A stretch of DNA of 64,000 nucleotides from Octopus sinensis (lineage: Eukaryota). The stretch spans positions 18,352,001 to 18,416,000 of the forward strand of contig NC_043008.1 of NCBI RefSeq assembly GCF_006345805.1. Reading direction: 5' to 3'. The notes beneath the pieces are model-generated. The model worked only from the letters and a program-made list of their open reading frames with translations, did no database searches and was not told the DNA's origin. The stretch's first letter is position 1, and each line of letters begins with the position of its first letter. This document shows, piece after piece, positions 12,001-25,320 of this stretch. Made by a program: the position numbers and the translations under genes.

Positions 12001-12925
12001 GATGGCAGTCTACTCGTGACTGGGGAAGACCATTTCCGACCTTCAGGAACATTGTGCGCTCTGCGACTAACTTATAACTTGCATTTGCGGCTCCGTTGGT
12101 GGCTAATGACAAGCATACACGACTGCAAACATTGCAGACCAAGCTTTCCCCTTTCACTATACGAGCTGTGCGCTTTCGCGCAGCTCGCTTAAGTTCTTCA
12201 TGCTGGATACGTGCTCTCTCAAAAGTGTCAATCCTCTCCTTAACCTGCTTCCTCCATCTCTGGCGATTACAGGCATTGTTCTCCCAGTCAGTGTCCTGCA
12301 TATCACAAGCCTTTAATGAGGACTTGACACAGTCCTTAAATCGCAGCCTTGGTTTCTGTCGGAGTTTCCTTCCATTCACAAGTTCACCATAAAGCATCTG
12401 CTTAGGAATCCTTCTATCCTTCATTCTAATAAGGTATCCAGTCCAACGTGATCGGTGCTTGTGTACCATCGCCTCAATACTCAAGATATCAGTTGTCCTC
12501 AGGACCTGTGTGACTGGAATTTTTGAGGTCCAGCCAACATTGAGAATGTATCTGAGACATCTCTGATGAAAACGTTCAAGGACCCTTACCTAACGTTTGT
12601 ACAGAGTCCATGTCTCACATGAGTAGAGAAGCGACGTCAGTACACAAGCACGGTACACAGCAACTTTTGTTCTCCTTGCGATGCCATGTTGGGACCAGAC
12701 ACGAGACTGAAGAGACCGGAAGGAATTAGTTGCTCTCCGCAATTTGAAAGATATTTCCTCATCTAGGGAGCAAGAACGGCTGAGTGTGCTGCCCAGGTAG
12801 ACAAACTTGTCTACTACCTTCAGAATTGTTCCTTCAACCAAGATAGCTGGTTCTATATATAAGGATTCCCTGGTGGAGGCTGGAACATTACAACAGTTTT
12901 GTCCAGGCTAATGCTGAGTCCAAAA
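12000..12925 (-). mobile_element. 5'-truncated RTE-clade LINE (RT C-terminus, thumb, terminal Cys motif)
   Basis: FGLSISLDKTVVMFQP..; VVDKFVYLGSTLSR..LLYSCETWTLY; RWTGYLIRMKDRRIPKQMLYGEL..RLRFKD; CNVCSRVCLS. Frameshifted. Confidence 0.92.
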
Positions 12926-13294
12926 TACATACATACATACTTACATAGACAGATATATAGGTAGATGGATAGATAGACATACATACATATAAGTAAGCAT
13001 ATCATTTTAGATCAATTTCTTTTGTCTGTTTTATGTAGATAGGAACTGGTACAGTCAGCAAAGTTTTAGAAGAATAATATCCTTTGCGGCGTAGAATATT
13101 TCGGCCAGGATGTCAGATTTGATTTTTCAAACATATGATACGATATAGAATCATAAAGATAACGTTTTAAATAAAGATACTTGAGTCGCTTTGATAAAAC
13201 TTCATTTCTGCAATCTTTCCTATCATCGTCCTTTTTTATTTCTCAGGCATATAAGCGACAAACACACATGCGTGTATATAAAATTTTGTACAAG

Positions 13295-13301
13295 CACACG
13301 C

Positions 13302-13333
<32 letters not shown>

Positions 13334-13334
13334 T

Positions 13335-13367
<33 letters not shown>

Positions 13368-13521
13368 ATGTGTGTGTGTGTGTGTGTATGTGTGTGTGTG
13401 TGTGTCTGCATGTATGTCAGAGAATGTTAACAATATACAAACACATTGCGCACATAAATGTATATATATATATATATATATATAATATGTGTGTGTATAT
13501 ATAAATTTTATGCTACATTAG

Positions 13522-13576
<55 letters not shown>

Positions 13577-13635
13577 GCTCATAGATAGATGCATACATAC
13601 ATACATAGATGGATAAATAGAGAGATAGCTAGATG

Positions 13636-13695
<60 letters not shown>

Positions 13696-13706
13696 GTAGG
13701 TAGATG

Positions 13707-13801
<95 letters not shown>

Positions 13802-13805
13802 GGAC
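13295..13805. repeat. (TA)n/(TG)n/(GATA)n microsatellite block
   Basis: Direct reading. Confidence 0.92.
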
Positions 13806-14639
13806 AGAGACACAAATATATCTGCAGACATACACACAGAATCCTTTGTGCGTAGTGAGAATTTAGACGTTTTTATCGCTCCTAAATTCCTTCTTATTAG
13901 CATTCTAGTTCCTGACAGACTGCTATCTGCCGGTTCCATTTACCTTACGCCATCAGATTCTTCGATATTCTCCATTATTCCTTTGTTCCGTGTGGCTATG
14001 TCGCCTTTGAAATTTGTCATTAACGTGGACACATACTGTGTTCAGTTCTATTAATATACCGATGGATGTTCTTTGAAATATTCTCCTAAATATTCCTGTT
14101 TGGAAAACAATTAAGTTTCCTCATATGCAGAAGAATGTCTTTTATTTAGGTGTTTGGTATAGATCACTGTAGCATTTTCAAAACGTTGTCAATGATTTCA
14201 AAGTAAATTGAAACATAATATCGATAACAGCGACAGTGGTACAATCGCCAATACAAACCACAGCACCACTCATAATAGAAACTATTATTAATCATGAAGA
14301 AAAATAAAAGTATCACAGGAATGTATCCTATAGCAGTATCTTTGAAAGGATATCTCACACAAATACTTTCGTTGTATTTAGTACACGAAATTACCTGTAA
14401 CGGGATGTATGATACACAGGAGAAATACGTAATGTATAGGTAGACGACTGATAATGCATGTAAAATGCTATCCCGCAGCCACCTATCGGTGAATGATTAA
14501 AAGCGTTTCTTTCCCTAAGTGAAAATATGCATGCATATACCAACAACATTGTGTGGTTTATTGCATTCTAATGGCTGTGACTAAACCAACGATATATTTG
14601 TATAGCTACGTTTAGGTGTATGTAACAAATTGTCAACAT

Positions 14640-14908
14640 ATATATATGTGTGTGTGTGTGTGTGTGCGTTTGCATTTGTGTGCATATGTGCGTGTGTGTG
14701 CATAACAATGCATATATATATATGCATATACATACTTACATAAACACAAATATATATATACTTATATATACATATATAAACATATATATATGTGCATATA
14801 CATACATATATACATATATATATATAATATACACACACACCTATTTATATATACATATGTTTACATATTATGTACGTGTTCTGATGTGTCCATGCCTCTG
14901 TGTGTGAG

Positions 14909-14971
<63 letters not shown>

Positions 14972-15079
14972 TTACATGTATATATGAACACACACATATG
15001 TATATACATATATATAGAGACACTCGCACACACACATACACACGGACACACACATACACACGGACATACACATACACAC

Positions 15080-15120
<41 letters not shown>
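14640..15120. repeat. (TG)n/(TA)n/(CA)n microsatellite block with CACACGGACA units
   Basis: Direct reading. Confidence 0.9.
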
Positions 15121-15121
<1 letters not shown>

Positions 15122-15519
15122 TTGAATATATATTTGCGGGCTTGATTTTTGTGGTTGGGAAGTAGCTCATTGTTAGACACTGTAATCACCATTACAAAAG
15201 AACTCAATGAATTTCTGTTTCAGAATATAAAAGATACCTAATGGGCTGTGTATCAGCCACCCATACACATGTATTGCTGCAAAAATCTGTGACTTTATGC
15301 CGTAGCATTCTAATACATATTTGCGTATAAATGCTTATCAATGCTTCTGTGAGAGAGAGAGGGAGAGGGAGAGAGAAAGGTAGAGTACTTTTTGAGGAGG
15401 GAAACACATACCTTTGTGATTAAATGCATAAAAACGCCCACACACACACACATATATAGTTCGAAATGATGCAAAATAAGACAAAACAAAAGACGGAGAC
15501 GGATGCTGGAACAACAAAC

Positions 15520-15618
15520 AAGGTTTATTTGACGTTCATGAAAATTGGAAAACGTCTTCGATGTTTCGAGCCTACGCTCTTCCTCATAAAGGAATAAGGA
15601 GAGAAAACGGATGGAAGA

Positions 15619-15620
<2 letters not shown>
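15520..15620 (-). ncRNA. Degenerate hammerhead-like motif in a PLE-type terminal fragment
   Basis: Minus: AUGAGGA-A-GAGC-guag-GCUC-GAAAC...AAUAAA. Core C3 is replaced by A and stem III is imperfect. Confidence 0.5.
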
Positions 15621-15689
<69 letters not shown>

Positions 15690-16113
15690 GAAAGATTGAC
15701 CAACATTTTTCCTACAATAAGTGTACATTTTCCAGCTTATGCAGTAAAATTTCTTTAATACCGTTTTAAAAAAATTCGTCTTAATTCCACATGACCCTCC
15801 AGTATAAAATTTCTCTCCAACCCTATGGTCTGTGTGTTTTTACTGATGCAAAGGAGGAGCTAATTTGTCAGGTTTCCAAAGCTGAATATATGAGGAGAGA
15901 AAAGGGTGTGTCTGCGTTATTGGTTGCACATACGCTCACGTGGTATTTCCAGAATGATCCTGTCTCACTGATCGTCCCCCGCTGTCTCGGAATCTTATCT
16001 CCCTTCTACCTCTGAGAGTTTTGCACAATACCATCTCTTGCCTGGATTACCATTGGAACTCTATACTTAGGGGATTATGCCAACATGGGTCTTATTGTAC
16101 ACATTCGTTTGTG

Positions 16114-16156
<43 letters not shown>

Positions 16157-16250
16157 GGTATGTACATGTGTATAAATATATAAATATATATATATATGTA
16201 GGTATGTATATTTGTGTATATATATATATATGTATATATATATTAATATT

Positions 16251-16440
16251 TTTTTATTTTATCTAGTTTCAGTTCACGAGCTGTGGCCATACTGGGGTAC
16301 AGCCATTCTATATTATTGCTCGGGCTTTTGTCGGCCCGAGGCTATAGTAGAAGACACTTGCCTAAGGTGCTACGCAGTGGGACTGAACCCGGAGCCATGT
16401 GGTTGGTAAGCAAGTTACTTACCACACAGCCACTCCTACT
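16251..16440 (-). mobile_element. Short chimeric SINE: family A head joined to a CR1-like LINE tail
   Basis: Head as at 6300-6394; tail GTACCCCAGTATGGCCACAGCTCGTGAACTGAAACTAGATAAAT matches LINE tail 20836-20890. Confidence 0.8.
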
Positions 16441-16640
16441 GTATATATATATATATATATAAAGAAATATTTAAGATTCAGTTGAATTAGGTACTTAAGT
16501 TGAGGCACCAGTCCAGTATCGTCCGCACGGCTCGAAGTTATATGAATAAAAAGCAAATAGGTTACAAGGTATCACTGCATTACGGCCGTTTCAGGCGGAT
16601 TCATTTAATCGATAAATTTACGTATACATCTGCAGGGAAT

Positions 16641-16770
16641 GCTGTGTGGTGAAGAAGTTCACATTACAGCCTTTTGGTTTCGGGTTCGGTCCCATCGACC
16701 GATTTCTTGGGGTAAATGATAGCTTATAAACCAAGGGTAGCCGATGCCCTGTGAGTAAATTGGAAAGCTC
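16641..16770 (+). mobile_element. Degenerate SINE family A head
   Basis: GCTGTGTGGTGAAGAAG...GGGTTCGGTCCCA...TTGGGGTAAATG...TGTGAGT. Confidence 0.5.
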
Positions 16771-17399
16771 ACATTTGTTCCCAGGCTCTTTTGAACGCTT
16801 CCATGCTCTCAGAAAGTTTCGATAATGTGAAGTTATGAGCTTTTCTGGCAAAAAAGTTACCAATAAACACACACTTTACAGGAAATATTCTGTAAGACAA
16901 AAATTAAATGTATGCAAGATTTTCTAGATATCAACATTCAATAACGATTACGTGCATCAAAATTCCCTAATGGATATTTTTTGCTTTATATTTATATTTT
17001 GTGTGGGTTTTTTGGGGGGTAGGGGGTGGGAGGTGGCTTGTTTTTGTCTTTTTGTTAGAAAGGACCAATAGCTTTACAAGAAGGATCCAAATATATAATG
17101 CCGAATTTCATATATATAAAATACTACAGTGCTCATGTTATTTAAACGCCCAGAAAGGTGCTTTATCTCAGTGGTAAAGAGCGGCTGCTTTACACTGGGT
17201 GGATAGCAGACTGAAAATGAACCTAAAACAACAACCAAAATTACTTTTTATATATATTTATATTTTCATTACAACAGGATTCAAACCTACGTTTTGCAAC
17301 ATAATTCAAGATTATATAAATGTACGTCATATTAATTCCCTTCCTATAATAAGCATAAATTGATGTTCACACAGATTTATCATAAACACAGACATACAC

Positions 17400-17597
17400 G
17401 CACACACATATATATATATTATGCAAATTATATTTTATATATATATCATATTGTACATCGAAAGCTATGGCGGTTTATGCATGTATGTGTTTACATGTAC
17501 GCATGTATATGTAATATATATACATGCATATATATAAATATATATATATATTTATGTATATACATATATATTTATATACATATGCATATACGTATAC

Positions 17598-17637
<40 letters not shown>

Positions 17638-17706
17638 TATATTGTTAGATAAATAAATAGAGCGGTAGATAGATAGATATATAGATTGATAGATGGATAT
17701 ATAGAC

Positions 17707-17760
<54 letters not shown>

Positions 17761-17784
17761 TTAGATAGATAGATAGATAGTTAT

Positions 17785-17854
<70 letters not shown>

Positions 17855-17862
17855 TGATAGAT
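17400..17862. repeat. (TA)n and (GATA)n microsatellites
   Basis: Direct reading. Confidence 0.92.
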
Positions 17863-18184
17863 ACCTGCATCTGTACTTATATAGAGACACTAATATGCAA
17901 TTATATAGAATATATTTTATTTGCGATTTTCCATTATACATAGAATAGTTTTTAACGTGACGTACTATATTTTCTGTTATACGTATGAAAAAATAAACAT
18001 TTAGTCCCATTAAATACAGTGAGTTTGCATGTATGTGTATATGTACAACAGACACATGCGTGTATTTAATCTCAGGTTTTGTTCCATTCAATACAGATTA
18101 TATGATGGTATGTACAATTATATAAGCGCAGATACATTATGTGTATTATTAATATTGCAGTTATTATTACTCGTAACTAATATA

Positions 18185-18599
18185 AGTAGTAGTATTAGTA
18201 GTAGTAGTAGTAGTAGCAGCAAAAGAAGAAGCAGCATTAGCAGTAGTAGTAGTATTGCCCTGTTTTCATAATATATGTGTGCGTGCGTAATATACATATA
18301 CTTATACATACGTTTATACACCAATATATACGTGTATAGTTTATATATAGATATATATACATATCTATATATATTTATATATACATATATATAGATATAT
18401 ATATTTATATATATTATATATATATGCATGTATTTATGTATGTATGTATATATATATATATACATATATATATACATACACATATATATAGACATACATA
18501 CTTATATATATATACATACATACATATATATATACATACATACACATATATATAGACATACATACATATATATATATACATACATACATATATATATAC

Positions 18600-18632
<33 letters not shown>

Positions 18633-18659
18633 CATACATACATATATATACATACATAC

Positions 18660-18746
<87 letters not shown>
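18185..18746. repeat. (AGT)n followed by (TA)n/(TACA)n microsatellites
   Basis: Direct reading. Confidence 0.92.
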
Positions 18747-18749
<3 letters not shown>

Positions 18750-19299
18750 CCTGTTACATGCAAACAACATACATTTTTGCATGAATACATGTCTGCATAC
18801 ACAATTTCAAGTCAGTAAGTATTAAATTATTGGAAATTTAAACAAAATTCTTATTTTTAAGATTGACTGATTGTATTAATAATTCAAGCACGCTATATTT
18901 ATATAATGTGCCATAAATGGGAGACGGACATCCTTTTTATAAGTCCATTTAGTATATCATTATGGAAAAATTTCGAGTGGAAATATAAAGTAAACGAAAT
19001 GAGTTATCTTTCCTTATTTTTCAATTTTATTTTTCCTTGCGGTAAGTTATTTAATAATTCTTGTTTCATTTTGACATCGTAGATAAAAGAAAGAAAAACA
19101 GTAATATAGCACTTAAAATACATATATTCTCTGTAAATATGTGAATAGTTTCAATTAAGATCAAAAGGATAAACGCTCCGAGGTAATTTAAAAGAAAAAA
19201 ATGTTTAAGAGAAAAGCAAAAAGTTTGTTCATTCTACTTTCGATCTTATGCGATTTTAATTCGTGTGTGAATACGCTTGTATTCTTGTATATGTCTGAT

Positions 19300-19326
19300 T
19301 ATATATATATATAATATATATATATA

Positions 19327-19374
<48 letters not shown>

Positions 19375-19414
19375 ATATATATATACATACATGTATATAT
19401 ATGCATATATATGC

Positions 19415-19455
<41 letters not shown>

Positions 19456-19654
19456 TATGTACACATATATATATACATATATATACATATATATACACAT
19501 ATATATACATACATATATACATATACATGTATATATATATATATATACATATATACGTATATATATATACATATGTATATATATGTATGTATGTATTTAA
19601 AAGTATATATGTATATATGTGTATATTACATTGGTATATATCCATGTATATCAT

Positions 19655-19720
<66 letters not shown>

Positions 19721-19960
19721 ATGTATCTATGCAAACACACCTATATACACACACAAAAACGTACGTGTATATTTCTGTATAAATTCGCAAATAATCATAT
19801 AAATCTATATGCATATATGTACATGCATAAATGCTATTTATTTAAATATATGTATATGTATATTTATATAATAGAAATATTGTGCATATGTATAATGCAT
19901 ATATATTCTGTATATGTACATAAACATTATCTGTGTGTGCGTGCATATATGTATATGTAT
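19300..19960. repeat. (TA)n-rich microsatellite block
   Basis: Direct reading. Confidence 0.9.
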
Positions 19961-20132
19961 CTAAATGTCGAATGTGGCGCATATAATCTTTACATTTTTC
20001 ATGTATTCGAAAAATTAAATTACATCTTCGTATATTTTTTCCTCTAAAAATATTTTCCAATCTGCAACAATCGAAAATATGGATGAAGCTATCAAAATTT
20101 TAAATAACAGCAATAACATCGGCAAGAACAGT

Positions 20133-20186
<54 letters not shown>

Positions 20187-20637
20187 TAATAATAATAACA
20201 ATTGTTACATTATTTACCAAAAGAGCGAAGTGATTGGACATTATATGGATAGAATTTAAAAACGACTTCAGTGATTACTCAGAGTCGCTTATCAGAAAAT
20301 CAGTAGAAGTGAAAATAGAAAAAATAACACCTCCCAAGGAGATAGTAACGGGTTTCAAACAGGGATCCAACTAAAAATGTAGGAATACTTTTATGAATAA
20401 AGACAACGTCATTTCTGCTTGTCTACAGTCCCCTTGTCTACAGTCACTCGCCAAGAGTAGGAATTCTGGAGCTTTTCTAGTCAATCCTTTCAGTATTATC
20501 CACAATCGTATAGTCTAAGTCTGTTATCCCTTTAGAATTTCAATCGGACATATCCGGCCCAACTATTTTGTCTGTTTCATCATTAAACCTGCCAGATCCA
20601 GTCTCTCACACCTACCCTTCAATGTCATTCTATAAAA

Positions 20638-20890
20638 AACAACTATAAGAGACCTGCATGGGGTGAATGCAGATGTCTTTAAAATAAAACTGGATCTCTT
20701 CTTGTCAGGTGTCCCAGATGAACCAACTTGACGGCAGGAGGTGCAGATGAGGGCAGCTGCATCGAACTCTCTCATGCACCAAATGGCAGTTGCTAAAAAG
20801 CTTTCGTGAAGTAAAATCATGTAGCAACACCAAATGGCGGTGCCCCAGCATGGCCACAGCTTGTGAGCTGAAACTAGATAAAAAAAATAA
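20638..20890 (+). mobile_element. 3' end of a second CR1-like LINE family
   Basis: IRDLHGVNADVFKIKLDLFLSGVPDEPT*RQEVQMRAAASNSLMHQMAVAKKLS*; tail GGCGGTGCCCCAGCATGGCCACAGCTTGTGAGCTGAAACTAGATAAAA. Confidence 0.8.
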
Positions 20891-21289
20891 AATCGTTGAA
20901 ATCTCAAAGCTACGTGACAATACATGATTATCTCTAAAGAATGTGACTAAATAAGCATTACATTTGACAAATCCATCTCAATGCTGAAGGGGTAATTTGG
21001 CCCGTTATTTGCATACATAAATACGCAAACCTGGATAACACTTCTCTCTCTACTGCATTCCTGTTTATTGACGGGGATTGTCGCTAGCTTGTGCTCAAAC
21101 AGCTTGGCAAAGCGTAAGAACCAGAACAGATACTGCAAAAGCATATGTTTTAGTCCTGCCAAGTTGTCGTCTTAAACTGGTACATTTATATGGGCCTTGA
21201 AACGATAAAAGACAACCAATTACAAAATGTGAACGATGATGAGAAAACATCTTGTATATTAAATGCTGGAATAAACTGAACAGAAAAGA

Positions 21290-21700
21290 AACAGATTAAA
21301 TAAAATCTCAACACTGGCTGAGCGTCTCTGGATTCTAAGCAAATACTGGCGGGTTCTTAATTGCAGCATAAGATCAAATTTTCCTCACCAGAAACCAACA
21401 AAAACACATATTGAAGTAAATTACGATAACTAACTGCAGAGTATGTGGTGATGTGGAAGGAAAAATTAGGTGTCCAATCTTGGCGAAGAAAGAATATAAC
21501 TACAGGCATGACAGAGTTAGGACTTACATACACTGGACTTTTCACTATGAGTATGGAATGCCAACAGGCAAAAGACGACAGACATACACTAGAAAAGGTC
21601 TCAGAAAATGCAAAAGCTCAGAATATGCCAATACACAAAACTAAGGAAATGGAGTCTATTCATAAAGATATTGATTAACAGAATCTGAAACATGAAGATA
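21290..21700 (+). mobile_element. R4/Dong-like (RLE) LINE fragment, CCHC zinc-knuckle region
   Basis: HWLSVSG..GFLIAA*DQ..TRN; CRVCG....CPILAKKEYNYRHDRVRTYIHW; HTLEKVSEN. Contains stops and frameshifts. Confidence 0.75.
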
Positions 21701-21719
21701 CCTTGAGACCTAAGTGCCC

Positions 21720-22101
21720 ATATCACGACATTGGACTATACCTAGATGAAGGATTGGGTACTTCCGATAGCTGTGACGGTTGTGACCCTAGATAATTTTA
21801 GAAAACAATTTCCCTCTACCAATTAGGCCTTAAAATCGGATTCGCTACTAATCTGTCTAAAGTTGATTTTCTCGACGTTTTCTTAGACCTAAACCTCTCC
21901 TCTTATGAACCTTACCATAAGTCCTCGAGAAACTTTCCTATATCCATAAACAGTCTTGTAACATACGCTACTTGTGGTATTTAAAACCTGATAGCTAACA
22001 TTAGTAACATAGTATCTAAACTCTCTTCTTCTGAAGAAATTGTCGGGAAGGTAGGCCCCCACTATAACAATGACTTAGCCAATAATAATAGGAATAATAA
22101 C

Positions 22102-22152
<51 letters not shown>

Positions 22153-22400
22153 CCTCAAAATAGACCTAAGGAAATAATTTGGTACACCACCTCCTCTTCC
22201 GCCACCTTAACATAAGTTAACATAAAAAAAAGATGCGTGTCTCTCGTAAAAATATTTTCCAGAAAAACAGATACGGAAAAATATTTAACAGGCGCTCAGT
22301 GAAATTATATAACTGGTGCCACTTTATGAAAAGCATCGTTACACGAGGACAAAACCAAGAGATCTTAGTTGCAAAGGTCGAGTCCCAGGAATGTTTTATT
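21720..22400 (+). mobile_element. Penelope-like element RT/thumb relic no. 1
   Basis: DIGLYLDEGL (cf. GLYRDDGL), GLKIGFATNLSKVDFLDVFLDLN..YEPYHK, YIHKQS, (N)n-KPQNRPKEIIWY, GKIFNRRSVKLY. Includes an (AAT)n tract at 22080-22150. Confidence 0.78.
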
Positions 22401-22504
22401 AAATCCGTCATATAAGAGCCAGAAGTTACTGTAACGCTACAAATAACACAACCGATAAGAACTATACTGAACCATGTGAAGGCGACTTCAAAAATAAGTG
22501 AAGT

Positions 22505-23555
22505 GTATCAAAAAATGGTGAACATGGTGTTGAAATCCAACTTGAATGCCAAAACTTTGATTAGTGTAATGAATATCTGGGCAGTTGCAGTGGTCAGATA
22601 CAATGCGTCCATCCTCAGATGGACTAAGGAAAAAATATCAACTCTGTATTGAAGGACGAGAAAGTGGATGACGCAGCATGGGGCGCTAACCCCGAAAGTA
22701 AACGTAAAGAGATTGTATATGAAAAGAATGAATGGTGGAAGAGGACTAATTAGTATATGGAAGCACTCCGTCGGTTTAGACGACGAGGGTTCCGGTTGAT
22801 CCGAATCAACGGAACAGCCTGCTCGTGAAATTAACGTGTAAGTGGCTGAGTACTCCACGTAGTTCTCGGGGATATTCAGCGTGACACAGAGAGTGACAAG
22901 GCCGGCCCTTTGAAATACAGGTACAGCAGAAACAGGAAGTAAGAGTGAGAGAAAGTTGTGGTGAAAGAGTACAGCAGGGATCACCACCATCCCCTTCCGG
23001 AGCCTCGTGGAGCTTTAGGTGTTTTCGCTCAATAAACACTCACAACGCCCGGTCTGGGAATCGAAACCGCGATCCTATGACCGCGAGTCCGCTGCCCTAA
23101 CCACTGGGCCATTGCGCCTCCACTCTAATTAGTATAGACCATTGTATAAAGAGTGAAAGGAGAACGCTTGCTGTGTATTTGATAAATAATGATGAAGACC
23201 TGCTGCAATATGCTGCAAAAGCTATGGGTGTAAATGCAAATGAAATAATGGGTAAGGAAGTGTTTAAACAATGAGCTGAAGAGAAGAGAAATGATCTTGA
23301 AATGAGAATGCATGGGCAGTCTGAAAGAAATACACAAGATGTTAAGGATAATACAGCATCGTAAACATGGCTTGAGCGAGATGATTTGAGGCATACCACC
23401 GACAATCTGATCATTGCTGCCCAAGACCAGGCTCTCGCTACCAATTCAGTTAAATATAACATCTTTCAAACTTCTGACATTCAGAAATGCAGACTCTGTG
23501 GAAAGAGTGTGGAAAATGTGACCCACATGGTAAGTGGATGTGAGAGCCTTTCACA
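22505..23555 (+). mobile_element. R4/Dong-like LINE, RT C-terminal and CCHC segment, interrupted by a SINE
   Basis: VLKSNLNAKTL..NIWAVAVVRY..RLYMKRMNGGRGLISI|DHCIKSE; MHGQ..WLE..IAAQDQALAT..CRLCGKSVENVTHMVSGC. Confidence 0.88.
22758..23124 (-). mobile_element. Full-length tRNA(Arg)-like SINE family C with 12-bp TSD
   Basis: Head GGCGCAATGGCCCAGTGGTTAGGGCAGCGGACTCGCGGTCATAGGATCGCGGTTTCGATTCCC; TSD CTAATTAGTATA at 22746-22757 and 23125-23136. May correspond to an octopus OR-type SINE (unverified). Confidence 0.9.
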
Positions 23556-23559
23556 TTAA

Positions 23560-24465
23560 CTTATGGAGAAGAAAATGGATGACCAAATTGGAGGTAGAAG
23601 AGATCACAATAGAAATGGAAAAGAAAGAGCAGGCAGTAAGAAAGACAAACAACCAAAGAAGAACCTAAAGGAAAAAATAATAATAGCGCTACCAATAAGG
23701 AAGGGACAACTGGCACCAACGAGTTAAGTGATTTAAGTGAGGAAGATCGGAAGTTTTTGGATGAGTTGCAGGAAGTAATGAGTAAAGAAGTAAGAAAAAG
23801 ATGGCCAGCATTAAAAGACATCAGCAGAAGGAAGCTACAAGAAATGACTAGGAATGTAGATTCTGTTATCTGTAGGATAGATAGCAAAAATATAGAAGAC
23901 ACCAACTTATTGATCTGTCCAGGAGGGATAGTTGTCACCGGAAGATTGAATAGCTGAAAGGGAAAGATTTTAAAAAAGGGCAAATGTGGAAAAGTAGAAT
24001 ACAAAATAAAGTGAAGACTTTAAGACAAGATCTGAATAGAATAAAAGCCTGGAAATCAAACACGTTAGGAAACACACGATGCAAATCTCCCTCGGGAAAA
24101 GATACTTAGTCAAAGAGAAAGGATTTGGGACAGTAATAGAAGAAACAGCGTATCATAGCTGTAGCAGGCAAGCTCTCCAGATATCGGAAAAGAATAGATC
24201 AATATAAACAGAATAGATTATTTGAGACAGACCAGAGGAGATGTTATCACCAAATAAATAGTGGACAACGAAGTAATGAAGATGAAAAACCTAATACAGA
24301 AGAGGCTAAAAAGTTCTGGAATAATATTTGGGATAAGCCAATCAATCATAATAGAGATGCAGAAAGAAAGTGAGTGAGAATCAGCCAGATCTAAGATTAA
24401 CTAGTGCATTGATGAGTAAAGTGTTAGGAAAAATGCCGATTTGGAAGGGCCTAAGACTAGTACTG
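23560..24465 (+). mobile_element. R4/Dong-like LINE, N-terminal segment preceding RT
   Basis: WPALKDISRRKL..IEDTNLLI; WKSRIQNKVKTLRQDL; KLSRY..QYKQNRLFETDQRR.Y; KKFWNNIWDK..HN; KMPIWK. Confidence 0.8.
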
Positions 24466-25067
24466 TTTATGTTTCCTTAATACTAAATTGATGGGGATCA
24501 AGCATAAAACAGATATTAAAGGGGAGAACTAGTCCCCCTGGAACATTACTCTTTTGATATTCACTTTCCTTAAGAGTGTGTCACCTAAGTATAAATCTAC
24601 TTTCCATTTTACTTCATGCTACAGCTTCCTAATTCTCTTGTGTTGTCTGCTATACTGAATATACTCAAACATTCCCTTATCCCTGAGTGTTAGGTAATGT
24701 CATAGGATTTCCTATAATCTATCCATGCTATGGTTAGATTTTTCTTTCTAGATTTTACTCCATTTAGAACCGCTTTGTCTATATATAATAGATCATGTAA
24801 ACCTCTAGCCTTCTTCCTGCAACATTTGTTCTTCTGGTTGTAAATTCTGCTTGTCGTAAATGCTTTCTGAAAGCATTCTTCTTAACAGCTTACACACTAA
24901 TGGTAAGCAAGCCGTATTATTATGGTTGCTAGCTGTATTACCCTTGCCCTTATCTTTCATAATGAGAACTATCCTCCTTCTAGCCATCCAATCTGGTATT
25001 ATTACTCCATTAAGGCGATCTTGAAGTTGTTCCCTCAGCCTCCCATATAAACTACTGACTTTCTTTG
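24466..25067 (-). mobile_element. R4/Dong-like LINE RT core, inverted
   Basis: Minus: IPDWMARRRIVLIMKDKGKG..CLPLVCKLL; DLLYIDKAVL..KKNLTIAWIDYRKSYD; IKR.MFQG..SPL. Confidence 0.85.
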
Positions 25068-25238
25068 CACTAGCTAAAGAAATTCAGTAGTTTATATGGG
25101 AGGCTGAGGGAACACTTTAAGATCGCCTTAATGGAGTAATAATACCAGATTGGATGGCTAGAAGGGAGACATTGCTCATTATGAAAGATAAGGGCAAGGG
25201 TAATACAGCTAGCAACCATAATAATACAACTTGCTTAC
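24903..25238. repeat. About 165-bp-arm inverted repeat (fold-back) of Dong RT sequence, 9-nt loop
   Basis: 24903-25067 is the reverse complement of about 25075-25238, with a few mismatches and small indels. Confidence 0.9.
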
Positions 25239-25244
25239 TACGGT

Positions 25245-25260
25245 GGCAGTAGTAGTAAAG

Positions 25261-25320
<60 letters not shown>

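Noticed and set aside
14330-14470. VHEITC...Y..T resembling a GIY-YIG start
   Set aside because: Requires several frameshifts; too degenerate to call.
9563-23124. tRNA-like A/B box sequences as true tRNA genes
   Set aside because: All continue into SINE bodies with tails or TSDs and lack a complete cloverleaf.
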